A stretch of 64,000 bases of DNA, from assembly GCF_035594765.1 (NCBI RefSeq), contig NC_085845.1, forward strand, positions 188,806,897-188,870,896. The letters run 5' to 3'. Numbering within the stretch: position 1 is the first letter of the stretch; every line of letters starts with the position of its first letter. This document shows, piece by piece, positions 35,158 to 48,500 of the stretch. The position numbers and the translations under genes were made by a program. Source of the stretch: Anolis carolinensis. Lineage: Eukaryota. The notes under the pieces were generated by a model. That model was not told where the DNA came from and ran no database searches. It saw nothing but the letters and a program-made list of their open reading frames with translations.

Positions 35158-37439
35158 CTAGAGAGACAAAGTGTTGATCAGAAGCAAGAAACAAACTGTA
35201 TTTATGTCTGTTTTGTAAGGAGTGGATAAAACGTGAACAATGAGTTGTTGTGGGGTAGAGAGATTTTGTGCCTTGAGACTCTCTCTGGACCATGCAGAGT
35301 GCCAAAAATAATTCCTCAAAAAAGAAAGAAATCCAAAAGTGACCATCTTTCTAATGCTAGTTGTTTTAGTTGTTTCTAAACAAAGGTCAAAACTTTCTAT
35401 AATTAGGCAAACATTTCCATCTCACATTGTTGAAGCACTCCTGATATGGCAGGATATATACCATTTCCTTCAAGTATGGAAGTGGGAGGTGGAGAGTCAG
35501 TAGAAAGAGTAAAGATTTCCCCCTGACGTTAAGTCTAGTTGTGTCCAACTCTGGAGGTTGTTGCTCATTTTCATTTCTAAGCCGAAGAGCCAGCGTTGTC
35601 CATAGACACCTCCAAGGTCATGTGGCCAGCATGACTGCATGGAGCAACATTACTTTTCCGCTGAAGTGGTACCTATTGATCTACTCACATTTGCATGTTT
35701 TTGAACTTTTAGGTTGGCAGAAGCTGGGGCTAACAGTGGGAGCTCACCCTGCTCCATGGATTCGAACTGCTGACCTTTCAGTCAGCAAGTTCAGCAGCTC
35801 AGCGGTTTAACCCACTGCATCACTGGGAGCTCCAGAGAGTCAGTAAAACTGCAAAATATACATACCCAAATATTTCTATATACAGTAGAGTCTCACTTAT
35901 CCAACATAAACGGGCCGGCAGAACGTTGGATAAGCGAATATGTTGGATAATAAGGAGAAATTAAGAAAAAGCCTATTAAACATCAAAATAGGTTATGTTT
36001 TTACAAATTAAGCACCAAAACATGTTTAACAAAAAAAATTGACAGAAAAAGTAGTTCAATACTCAGTAATGCTATGTAGTAATTACTGTATTTACGAATT
36101 TAGCACCAAAATATCACGATGTATTGAAAACATTGACTACAAAAATGCGTTGGATAATCCAGAACGTTGGATAAGTGAGACTCTACTGTAGTTGGGTTTT
36201 TAGAGTAAGATGAAGCTTTCTCCATCCACTCAGGGATTTTAATGAGTGGTTCTATATTAATCTCAATGATACACATATTTCTGGTGGACTTTTAGATGTT
36301 TTTTCAAGTACTGCTCCTTACCCTTCAACTGTACACGCTCTCCAGTTCCTGTTAAAACCAAGGATGATTTTCATTTCTTGCTCAGACAACTTAAAGTCAA
36401 ACACCTGTCAAAAAGGATAAAGAGTTTTGCCAAAAAGGTGCCCAAAGAGTCACAAGAGTCGCAAAGGTACAATTTTTTTACAGATATCCCCACCCCCTTC
36501 AAACAAAGGTCAGTGTAGCATTCATAGGAGTTATCTCCCTAACATTTAGTGAAGTAGGTCAAATGTAAAGTAATGAATGGCTCAAGTGCACGTTTGAAGG
36601 TATTGAAAATGAAAGAAGGGAAAAGATTACCTCTGAGGATGCCTGCCATAGATATGGGTGAAACGTCAGGAGAGAATATTTCTAGAACATGGCCATACAG
36701 ACCGGAAAACACACAACAACTCCGGGAAAGATATATGTGAAAATTAAAAAATCAGAAACTAGTAATCCTTTTATGAGATTCATTGAAGTGTTATAGTAGA
36801 GGTGGGAGGTCTGCAGGTTTGAATAACTTTCTACTTGGTGAGAATGGAGGGAAATCCCATTAGCCACATCCAGCAAGCTGACCATAGAAAGCATCTCATT
36901 TTCCACTGAACTTGTAGCTACAAGACAATTAGGGCAGAGAAACACCATGGCCAATTCACCAAGCCTCATTTTTAAAAAGAATGTATGTTCCTTCTTGTCT
37001 CCACTAATTTTCGTATCATCAAGTCTAATGAAGTTCTGGAGAATTTGGACATTTGTGTCACTTATGTGCTCCTTTTGGCACACATTACCTTGAAAAGAAC
37101 AACACTAAAACACAACCAACTCTATTTGACAACACTATTGTGAAAGGATGAGAAGGACATATTGACATGTCTCTAGTAAAGCAGCAATTCAGGGAGTTTC
37201 CACCAAATTCACAGCACATTACACTAACATTATTTGAACTATTTACCTGGAATGCAAAATTGTTCTTGATATGATCCTGACAAATGACGCATAGCAAAAC
37301 CTGGCAGATGACCTTTCTTTTGCAAACCATTGTGTTTATTGCATTTGTGTTTTTAAGGCACTGAATGTTTGCCTTCATGTTTGTGATCGCTGGAATTCGT
37401 ACTAAGTCCCCTCGGGGAGATAGGGCAGAATATAAATAA

Positions 37440-37487
<48 letters not shown>

Positions 37488-37719
37488 TTATTATGACACA
37501 GCAAACAAGATAGACATGCTGGATTTTGTATCACAAAATCAGAAGTCGAACACTTCCCAAGTGTCTAGGACTGTGTGATGTATTTTCGGATGATGTGTGC
37601 AGATCCCAGTAGGGTGGCCTTTTGCAGTTGGCAGATTGTGATTTTGTCAATGTCTATTGTTTCCAAATGCTGGCTGAGATCTTTTAGAACGGCACCCAAT
37701 GTACCGATCACCAGCGGCA

Positions 37720-37766
<47 letters not shown>

Positions 37767-39477
37767 TGCACAGAATGTGTCTTAGGTTGTGCCTTTTTAA
37801 TTTCACATCATTTGACTGTACGGCTTACAATAATGTTTTTTTTTTTAATGGTAAAAACATCAAAAACATCCGGGCGTCCCCTGGGCAACGTCCTTGCAGA
37901 CAGCCAATTCTCTCACACCAGAAGCGACTAGCAATAATGGTGTAAAGCCCTTTTCTTTATCTATTGAAAGCAAGTGATCAGTGAGGTAGAACAATCCAAA
38001 TATAATATTGTTCTTTAATACACCCGTGATTTCAGCAGCATCGGGATCACTGGGGATTAGGACAGGTTTTTGCCTGTCCCATTGCCCAACAAACATTAAA
38101 GAGATTACAGTTTCTCCTGAGTGACTTTGCTATTTTTCTCTTATCCAACCACAGGCGAGAAGCAAATACTCAAGAGTAATTGATATTTCTCAAACGAGAC
38201 ATTGAGTGAGAGACAGAGAGAGAGCAGAAGATAGAGAAGAAATATGGAAGGGTTGCAGGTTTCTCAAACAAATTTTATTTACTATCTCGTCCCTCCTAGT
38301 TTTTATATTGTAGGGAACTGACACGGATACATTGACAAGTGAAAAGGCTGAGTTTCCTATTGAGCAGAGGTTCTTAGCTTCTAGGTAAGCAATGTTACAT
38401 GAAATCACCCATTATCCCCAGTTGGCATGGGCGAGAACTATTGGCCTTCCAATAAATCTTTCAAGGGTACAAGATCTGGGAAGGCTCATTTACAGAATGA
38501 TGCATTCTCTTACCTTGAAATTTTCCTCAATTCGTGAAGCGGTGACAGATTTGGGAATCACAGTTATATTTCTTTGGATTTGAAATCGGAGCAGGACCTA
38601 AGAACAAGGATAACACCAAACAAAGATAAATCTCCTATTTCAATAAATTTATACCAAAGTTGTTCAGCCTTTTTCAGCCTAAAATCTGAATTCAATTTTA
38701 GAAAAATTCTCAAAAGATTGTACAGTAGAGTCTCAGTTATCCAACACTCGCTTATCCAATGTTCTGGATTATCCAACGCATTTTTGTAGTCAATGTTTTC
38801 AATATATCGTGATATTTTGGTGCCAAATTCATAAATACAGTAATTACTACATAGCATTACTGCGTATTGAACTACTTTTTCTGCCAAATTTGTTGTCTAA
38901 CATGATGTTTTGGTGCTTCATTTGTAAAATCATAACCTAATTTGATGTTTAATAGGCTTTTCCTTAATGCCTCCTTATTATCCAACATATTTGCTTATCC
39001 AACATTCTGCCAGCCCATTTATGTTGGATAAGTGAGACTCTACTGTATTTCCATGTTGTGTGCTGTCAAAGACAAAATAGTGTAACCCAGAATACTTGGA
39101 TATTTTTTCATAAAGCTGTTCTTTTAGAAAATTGGTAAACTACAAACAATGCTGCCACAGGAAAGGAGGAACAGCCACGTGGAGAACCACAAGGGACTAC
39201 GCTGGGCCCCAGGAATATGAATTTTGGATCCTGGGACCCAGGTTTCCTTTCCCTGATTCATAGTAATGTACACAATTTAAAAGCTTCCTAACAATTGTAT
39301 ATATCCTGGTTTATTAAGGCAGGAGTGTATTATGATCCATATGTGTAATAGCCAACAGCCAGGAAAGTGCCTGCGATGTCTGTGTTGATTGGACTCTGGC
39401 ATCCTGCAGATTCAAATGTTAAAATGACAGCTGTGATTCTTCAAATTGATACATTTATCTTACAATTAGGGTTCTTG

Positions 39478-39508
<31 letters not shown>

Positions 39509-42500
39509 AGCCTTATGTTTTAGTGCTGTTAGCTATGCCCGTCAAGAGCTTCATTCACCAGCTTGTTAGTTTTTCAGTTTTCTCAATCAGCTTTTGATCT
39601 GGCAGTGTTATAGTATTTGCACTGTTAAATCTCACTGAAATTCTGATTATAGCTGTAGAAGGGACTCCTTTATACTCCTTTGAGTTTCCTTACTGCAAAG
39701 AGTAATTAATCATGTCCTTACTGAACTGTCCTTAGCCTGTTGCACATCATTTCTGATACCAATGTTAGAGCTCTGCTAGCAACGAACAGCTTACTCTTGG
39801 TGTGGGAAAAAGTCATCAGATCAAGATCTGACATCTCCATAGCATTTTGCTTTATAACCCCCTGAGACTGCAGTGATAATTTCTTTATCTTTTTAGTTCA
39901 ATGAAGCAAGGTCTGAACCTTTTTCATTCAGCACAGATTATCTAGGATTAACTGTGTTCCCTTTCTCAATCTTCTTTCCCTTTCGTTCAGCTCTCCTCTG
40001 TGGGTACACACCAGTATATACATTGGCAAACATTTGAAGTGGCACCTTTATTTACTTTTCTCTTGTGAGTCGCTTTATCCAACGAGGCTTTTTCAACAAC
40101 CTTCACTACGGGCTGAGTATAACTGGTATTAATTGAGTTGAGTTACTAAGGCATTTTTATTTTTCCCTTTCAGAAAGGAAGGGTGGTTTTGTTGTTGTTG
40201 CTGCTGCTGCATTTCATTGCTTTTAAAATGTATTTTTTTCTGGCGAAAATGTGTCGATTGGTAGCTATAAAATGTCAACAACAATTTTGGTGAATAAATT
40301 CTACTCCCATGCATGCTTTTTATTCAACTGTGAACCCCTACTTTATTTTTCCCCAACCCAGCAACTTCTCTAGTTGTGTTCACACAACTCCCTACTTACC
40401 TGTGCTACAGATTTATTGTGCTTGGCAGCTATCTCTTTGATCTTAGGATCATTCAGAAGAGATGGGTCATCTGGCTTGGCCCTAGGAAACATGAGCAACA
40501 AAAGCTAACTAACGAAAATTGCATGTAAGAGGAACACAATAACTTCCAATAGCTAGGCTGACCAGAGAAGAAAACTCCTACACAGTTTAAAGAGGAATCT
40601 ATGAATGGGTCATTCCCATTTGGCCCCAGATCAATGTGTTACCTCTAACACTGTATCCTGCTTGTTGATTTTAATGATTGTTTTTATTGATGTTGATGTT
40701 TTTTACTGGGATAATTGTTTTATTGCTTTGTTACTGTTTTGTTTGTTTTATCGGGCCTGGCCCCATGTAAGCCGCCCCGAGTCCCTTCGGGGAGATGGGG
40801 CGGGGTATAAAAATAAAGTTGTTATTATTATTATTATAAAATCACACGGTGACCTTAAACTACCCTGGTCAACTCTTTTGCAACAGAAATAATAGTACTA
40901 ATAACATGTCTTATAGTGAAATTGGGCATTTCCATTAGCTGGATGAAGGAATACAGTGCACCCCCCAAATGAATATACCCAATTGTGTACATTTGGCAAA
41001 GTGACAGCCATTTTAAAAATCCTGTCAGAAGCGACTTGAGAACATATTGCAAGTTGCTTCTAGTGTGAGAGAATTGGCTGTCTACAGAGATGTTGCCCAG
41101 GGGACGCCCAGATGTGTTAGCTGGGAGGCTGATTTCATGTCACCGTGAGCTAGAGCTGACAGACGGGAGCTCATCCCATCTTGCAGATTTGAACTGGCCA
41201 CCTTCAGGTCAGCAACCCAACCTTCAGGTCAACAGTTCAGCCGGCACAAGGGTTTAACTATTGTGTGACCGCGAAATGCCCTTTGTTCTAAAATCAAAAT
41301 ATAGCTGTTTTGCTGCTATGATTTGGGGTGTGACTACAAATTAAGCAAAGGGAGCCACAAAGATAGTACATGTGGTCCAAAACCTGCCTTATGGGGCAGA
41401 TGTAATGTTCAGTTATAAAATCCACATGCAATGATTAAAAATGCATAATGACATTATAAATGCTAAGTTTTAAGCATAGCATTCTTCTTCTGTGCCTCAT
41501 GCAGTATTATTGCAAATCACTTAAAGACAGTTTTGATGCTCTCACTGCTATCCTAAGTCCCATTAGCATTATACAGTCAAGCTAGGTATCCCTTAATCTC
41601 ATTTTATTACCTGTTTTCCTATGCTGATGTGGTCACTTAAGGCAAGAAGCCAACTTTGTAGAGTCCTGAACCCAGGATACATTTCATCAGACACTAAAGA
41701 GCAGAAGTTTACCCAACTTTTCTCACCATGGTCTGTCGGGAGAGCCAAAGGGACTGTACGCTGTGATAGTGATCCCTTTGGAATGACAGTAATTAACCAG
41801 CTTTTCCTGGATAAGGTATGGGTGACATTCAACCTGGAAAAGATATGCATCCATAATTTATTTCATGTCTTCACTTGTTTATGACCAGCAATGATTTCTT
41901 ACAAATAGTCAAATGTTTGATTTAAAAAGTCAGTAGTGTATGAGCATAGCAGGAATGGCCTAGAGGCAAATATGTTGGGAGTGGTGCTAGGATTTTGGAG
42001 AACAAGAGAAAGTTTTGAACATCTTAGGAGTACGTCCTCGTAGCTAAGAGACAAAATGCAGCATAGAAGTGGTGTTTCAACAAGCCCTGGGATTAGCACT
42101 AAATCCTCCAAATTCGCAGTGATATTAATGACGGCTGCTGATAAAGGGACAGGATCCGCCCTCTATGTTGACTTGGTTTTGTTGAATTAAACTAGTTATA
42201 ACTGCTTGCTTGCAGCATAGAGGCTCCACCCAAAAACTCAGTGAATTGGATTTTTGCCCAATTTGGGCAAACCACAGAAGGCCATTATCAATATGGCTGG
42301 AAAGATACAACCATTTTCAATGGTATTCTGTAGAGATATCAATAGTTTGATACATGTTTTCTGCTCTTCTGCACCCAAGACACCCAGGTCTTGGTGCTTT
42401 TCACTACTGATTTCAGTAGTAAATTTATTAAGTCACTTCTTGCAGCACAGAAAAATATTAAACCAAGTTGTGAAAAAAATTGTGATGGAATGAATCCAAG

Positions 42501-45500
42501 ATCATTTGTGAATTTATCATGCCAAATTCCAATATAACCAACTTATACAGTGTGTGTGTGTGTGTGTGTGTGTTTTTATGATCCTCAGTTTTGCAAGCCT
42601 TTCTAATCTCTCCACCTCAAATTGGTAGTGGTAAACCTTTTGTAAATAAATTTCGTCAAGAAAAGCCTAGGAGAGGGTTGCCATGAATTACATTCACCTT
42701 CAACGCAACAGCACAAATGTTCCTGTGTTGAAAAAATAGTCACTAACTTTAGCAATCCCCTAAATGCCTCCAATTTAAAATGCTCACCTGATTATTTGCA
42801 GGCCTGTGCTTCAACCCAGGCTTTTTCAGGATTCTCTCAATTTGTTCATGGTTGAAATTGGAAACCCCAATGGCTTTGACTAATCCAGCATCCACCAGCT
42901 CCTCCATTGCCTAAAGGTACACCAAGAGCTAGATATTATCATACGGCACACTTCTTCCTGGGACTATACTACTTAGAATTTTATTTATTTATTTATTTAC
43001 TCTATTTATACCTCAAGGCAGCTTACATGTGACAATTATTCAATGCCTTAACACATACAAAATTAAGCTGAAAATAGATTGAATTAAAAATGAATGCATA
43101 TTAACATTTAAAAACATTACATTCAATATTAAAATAATGCGATCCAAAAATCGTAGCCTGAGACCGTTCTGTAGTCATTGCATATGTGCCGAATCCATTA
43201 TTGCACTAAGCTATTCTCTGAAAGCCTGATCCCAGTGTCAGGTTTTTACTTTCCTTCTGAAGTCTAGGAGGGGAGGGGGCGGATCGAATGTCACTAGGGA
43301 GGGAGTTCCGCAACCGGGGGATCACCACTGAGAAGGCCCTGTCTCTCGTCCCTGCCTGTCATGCTTGTGAAGCAGGTGGGACTGAGAGCAGGGCCTCCCC
43401 AGATGATCATAATCTCTGAGGTGGTTCATAGAGGTAGATACGTTTGGACAGGTAAGCTGGGCCAGAACCATTTAGGGCTTTATAGGCTAAAGCCAGCACT
43501 TTGAATTGCGCTCAGAAGTGGACTGGCAGCCAGTGGAGCCAGTGTTGTGTGCTCCCTATACACCGCTCCGGTGAGTATCCTGACTGCTGCTTGTAGGATC
43601 AATTGAAGCTTCCAGGCAGTCTTCATAGGCAACCCCACGTAGAGTGTGTTGCAGTAGTCTATATGGTATGTAACAAGAGCGTGGCCCACTGTGGCCAAGC
43701 CAGACTTCCCAAGATACAGGCGTTGGATTTTTGACTAAAATGTTTAGATACATCTATGAGTTTATAGAGTAGTTTAACCCAAAGCCTTCTCTGTATTGAC
43801 TTCAGCAAATAGTATTCTCTCAATCATATAAATTTCAAAGTGGTTTATTCCAAGAATGGAGCCCCTGGTGGAGTAGTGAATTAAAGCCTTGTGACTTGAA
43901 GGTTGGGTTGCTGATCTGAAAGCTGCCAGGTTCGAATCCCACCTGGGGAGAGAGTGGATGAGCTCCCTCTATCAGCTCCAGCTCCATGCGGGGACATGAG
44001 AGAAACCTCCCACAAGGATGATAAAAGCATCAAAACATCTAGGTGTCCCCTGGGCAACGTCCTTGCAGACGGCCAATTCTCTCACACCAGAAGAGACTTC
44101 TGTCAAGACTGTCAAGTTGCTCCTGACATGGAAAAAATACCTAGAATTCTCCTTTTTGCATGAGTGTATATAGTCCTTTTGATTGCTGAATAGATGACTA
44201 AGTATGCTAGTGGATATTCAAAATCATGATGGCTATTTTGCCATGGAAGAGCCTCAGAGCGGATATGAAAAGATATGAATACCTCACCCCACCCCTAAAT
44301 ACAGAATCCTTTCTTCCCCACCAACTCATGCAAGAAGATTAGAGGAATGGAACAAAGAGCTATTAACAGAATTTAAAAGAAAAGAACCAACCATCATGAA
44401 CAAGAAAATCTTTCCACACATGGAATACAATAAGCTCTTTTGAACAGAAAGGGAAGGAAAAACTGCAACATTTTAATCTGAGTTTCTTTCTTCTGTCCTT
44501 CTGGCACAGGACAGTTTACATTATATTTGTTCCATACATATTTGGAAATATTCTTAATTGTCCAAGTGGAATGTTCTTCTGTCACTTAGAAATTAAAATA
44601 GCAAATCCAGTTTCACATTAAATTAAAATTAGAAGCAAAATAGGCAAATGGAAAAATTAGGAAGAAACATATTAACAGAATTCAACATATTTGAACCTGT
44701 GATATTTGCAGTAATGCAAGGTATGCAAAAAATCTTCACTGAACGTATTATTATTGTTGTTTACTTTTATACCCCACCTTCCTCCTAGTGGGGACTCAAG
44801 GTGGCTAACAACCACACACTTTGATTAATTAGAACAAAGCAAATACAAACATTAAAAACAATTAAACAGTATTGTGTGTGTGAGGTTACAAATACAGTTA
44901 AATTACAATACATATAATTAAAATGCATTTCAAAGCACCCAATCCCACCCACGACCTGCCCCGCAACATGCCGCTTATCCTTCTCCAAACGCTTGCTTGA
45001 ATACGGGACAAATAGAAATGTTTAGCTGCAAAACATACCTCCCAGGTTTCTAGAGGATTTGCATTACTGGGTATGATCACACCTTTTTCATCAGTAGGAA
45101 ACAGATTATCTCCTGCCTGTCAATGCAAAGCAAGAAAGCAAGTGGGTCAGTTTTCAGGTGTTTCCATTGTCCAACAATGAGTCTGCAGTGATTGTTTCCA
45201 CTGTTTGGTTGGTTAATGCAGGGAAGATACAGCTGAGGAGTGTGCTGGCTGCATGTTCTTCAACTCTCCCCAGAACTGGACATCAAGAGATCAATTACAA
45301 CAAACTTGGTTTCATGCATAACCAGCCATGAAGGGTGTGGGGTGAACATTTAATCCTAACCTTCAGTTGTTATTTAGCTACAGTATTTATATTTCAAGCT
45401 CTTCGACACGTTTCACTTTCTCCCCATATTTTAAGTACTATCTTATACAAATATTGCATTAGTGACACAGGGATTTTTTTAATCGTAAATCCATAGCATA

Positions 45501-48500
45501 TGTTCTGCAAAATATCAATGTGGCTTTGTTCTATTTCAGGAGTGGGGAAATTTTAGCTTGCCAGATGTTTTGGACTAGAATTCCCACAGCCCCTTGTCAT
45601 TGGACAAACTGGATGGGTCTGATGGAATTAATAGACTGAAATGTCTATAACAGAGGAGGATATCAAGACCTCCAGGTGTTCTAAAATTGCAAATCCTGAA
45701 AGCCCTAGCCAGCCAAGACAATTAAAAGGAAGGCTGGAAGTTGCAGTTCAACAAAATCTGGAGGTCTGCATGACTCCCATTCCTGGAGGTCCAAGAGCCT
45801 CAATCCTAGGAAGCCATGATAGACTCATAGAAAACTCCAGATTCAGGGGACCACAAGGGCCATCTAGTCCAGTGGTTCTCAACATCCCTAATGCTGTGAT
45901 CCCTTTATACAATACCTTATGTTGTGGTGAGCCCCAACCATAACATTATTTTCGTTGCTACTTCATAACTGTAATGTTGCTACCGTTCTGAATGTAAATA
46001 TTCAATCTGCAGGATGTATTTTCATTCACTGGACCAAATTTGGCACAAATACCCAATACGCCCACATTTGAATACTGGTGAGGTTGGGGGGGGGGGGGGG
46101 CTGATTTTGTCATTTGGGAGTTGTAGTTCACCTACAATCAAAGAGCATTCTGAACTCCACCAACGATTGAATTGAACCAAACTTGGCACAACAGAAAATA
46201 CTGGAAGGGTTTGATGGGTATTGACCTTGAGTTTGGGAGTTTTAGTTCACCTACATCCAGAGAGCACTATGGACTCAAACAATGATGGATCTGGACCAAA
46301 CTTGGCATGAATACTCAATATGCCCAAATGTGAACACTGGTGGAGTTTGGGGAAAATAAACAGTGACATTTGGGAGTTGAATTTTCTAGGATTTGTAGTT
46401 CACCTACAATCAAAGGGCCCCTTGAACCCCACCAACAATAGAATTGGGCAAATTGGGCTTTTGGGGGGAGGATTTGCTGCCTGTTTCCAAAAAGCAAGAG
46501 AAGTACAGGCAAAGATATATTCAGCCTTCTCTGCCAAAGGGGTTTCTAAGACCACCAGAAATATGTGTCTTTGGCAACCCCTCATGACCCCCCCCCCCCA
46601 GGGGTCCCGATCCCCAAGTTGAGAAACACTAATCTAGTCAAACTTGCTGCCTTGCAGGAAAGTGAAAAAGACAAATAGTTCTGAAAAAGATAAATTAATT
46701 CAGAATACCTTGAAACTTATAGGCCAGTGAATTATGTAGAGGTCCAGGTAATCCAATTTCAGGTCTGAGAGAGTTTTCTTACAGGCACCCTTCACCAGCG
46801 CTTTCTCATGGAATGTGCTCCAAAGCTGCAAGAAAAGAGATAGGTTCACTCACCAAATGAAGGTCACCTTCAATAACGATCTTGTAGGTACTTTTGTCTT
46901 ATTTGGAACCTTTGGTCTGTTCTGAATAAGGCTGTGTTCTTCCTTACAGATCCAATTCACATCTTGGAAATATTAGATATAACCTCTTTATATGATCTGG
47001 AGCAGATTTAACAAAGCTTTCTGGTTCCCAGTTCTCTACTAAGTGATACAACAAAATGACATCTCATGTTCCAAATTATATTCATTTCAATGTGAGCACA
47101 TTGATCACATCCCAAAACGGCTTCTGCTACCAGCACAACTGCTTGCCGATTTCTTGATCAATGCCTTAAATATTTGATATTTTTTGGCAGTAACACTTTC
47201 CCCAAGAAAGCCTCTCAGTTAAACTTTTCATTCAGGTTTTTCATTTCTATGAAGCATTTTGTGACCCCTTGATTGAACTGATTTTAAAACATGTTAGATA
47301 TTATTCTGGCTCAGCTTCACTTTTAATCATAATTACAGCAGACTTAGTGAAATCAACAAGACTTTAGATACATCTACACTGTAGAATTAATGTAGTTTGA
47401 CCTCAGTGTTATGGAATCACAGAAGTTGTATTTTTACAAGGTCTTTAACTTTCTCTTACAAAAAGGCTTGGTGTCTCACCAAACTACAAATATATAATTT
47501 GAGAAGCATTTGGGATTGTATAAAAAAGTTATAAACTTTGTGAAATCCTATATAGGCAATTTAATAACAAGAGGAGGGGTAAGAAGAGACATAAGGATAA
47601 ATACCTTGCTGACAATAAAAAGATCCTCACGCTTTACAACCCCTTCCTTGATTTTCTCTTGGATGGCACAGCCAATTTCATCTTCATTGTGGTAAACGTA
47701 AGCACAGTCAAAATGGCGATATCCCACATCAATGGCCTTTTTCACAGCTGCTGCTACTTGCCCTGGTTGAGACTAAAGAACAGCCAGTTTGTTAATTCAT
47801 CCTATGCACCTGTATCTTTCCCCCACAATCCTCTTTTCAAAAATGTCATGTCTGACAATAGTCACCATACTGAAATAATACGATAATACTGTACTTAATT
47901 GTGGGCAGTAAGGTAAAGGTAAAGGTTTTCCCCTGACATTAAGTCCAGTCATGTCCGATACTGGGGGTTGGTGCTCATATCCATTTCTAAGCCGAAGAGC
48001 CGGCATTGTCCATAGACACCTCCAAGGTCATGTGGTCGGCATGACTGCATGGTGCGACGTTACCTTCCCACCGAAGCAGTACCTATTGATCCACTCACAT
48101 TTGCATGTTTTCAAACTGTTAGGTTGGCAAAAGCTGGGGCTAACAGCGGGCGCTCACTCCGCTCCCTGGATTCAAACCTATGACCTTCCGGTCCGAATGT
48201 TCAGCAGCTCAGCACTTTAACACGCTGCACCACCGGGGCTCCAGCATGTTAGTAGCCACCATGTGGGCAGTAGCCACCATGATTTGTTATATGAGATCTG
48301 GATGAAATTGTAAATGGAGTCAAACTATTCAGCTTAGCACACCAAACAATGTCCTGCTTTGTAAACACAAAGAGAAGTGAAAGAACTCCAGTAAACACAT
48401 GCAATGTATAAACTACCAAAATTCAAAGTATACAAAGCAACTTCAAACCATGGTTTGGCCTCTTGATGCATGGAAAGTAACTGTACAAATGCAACCAGCT

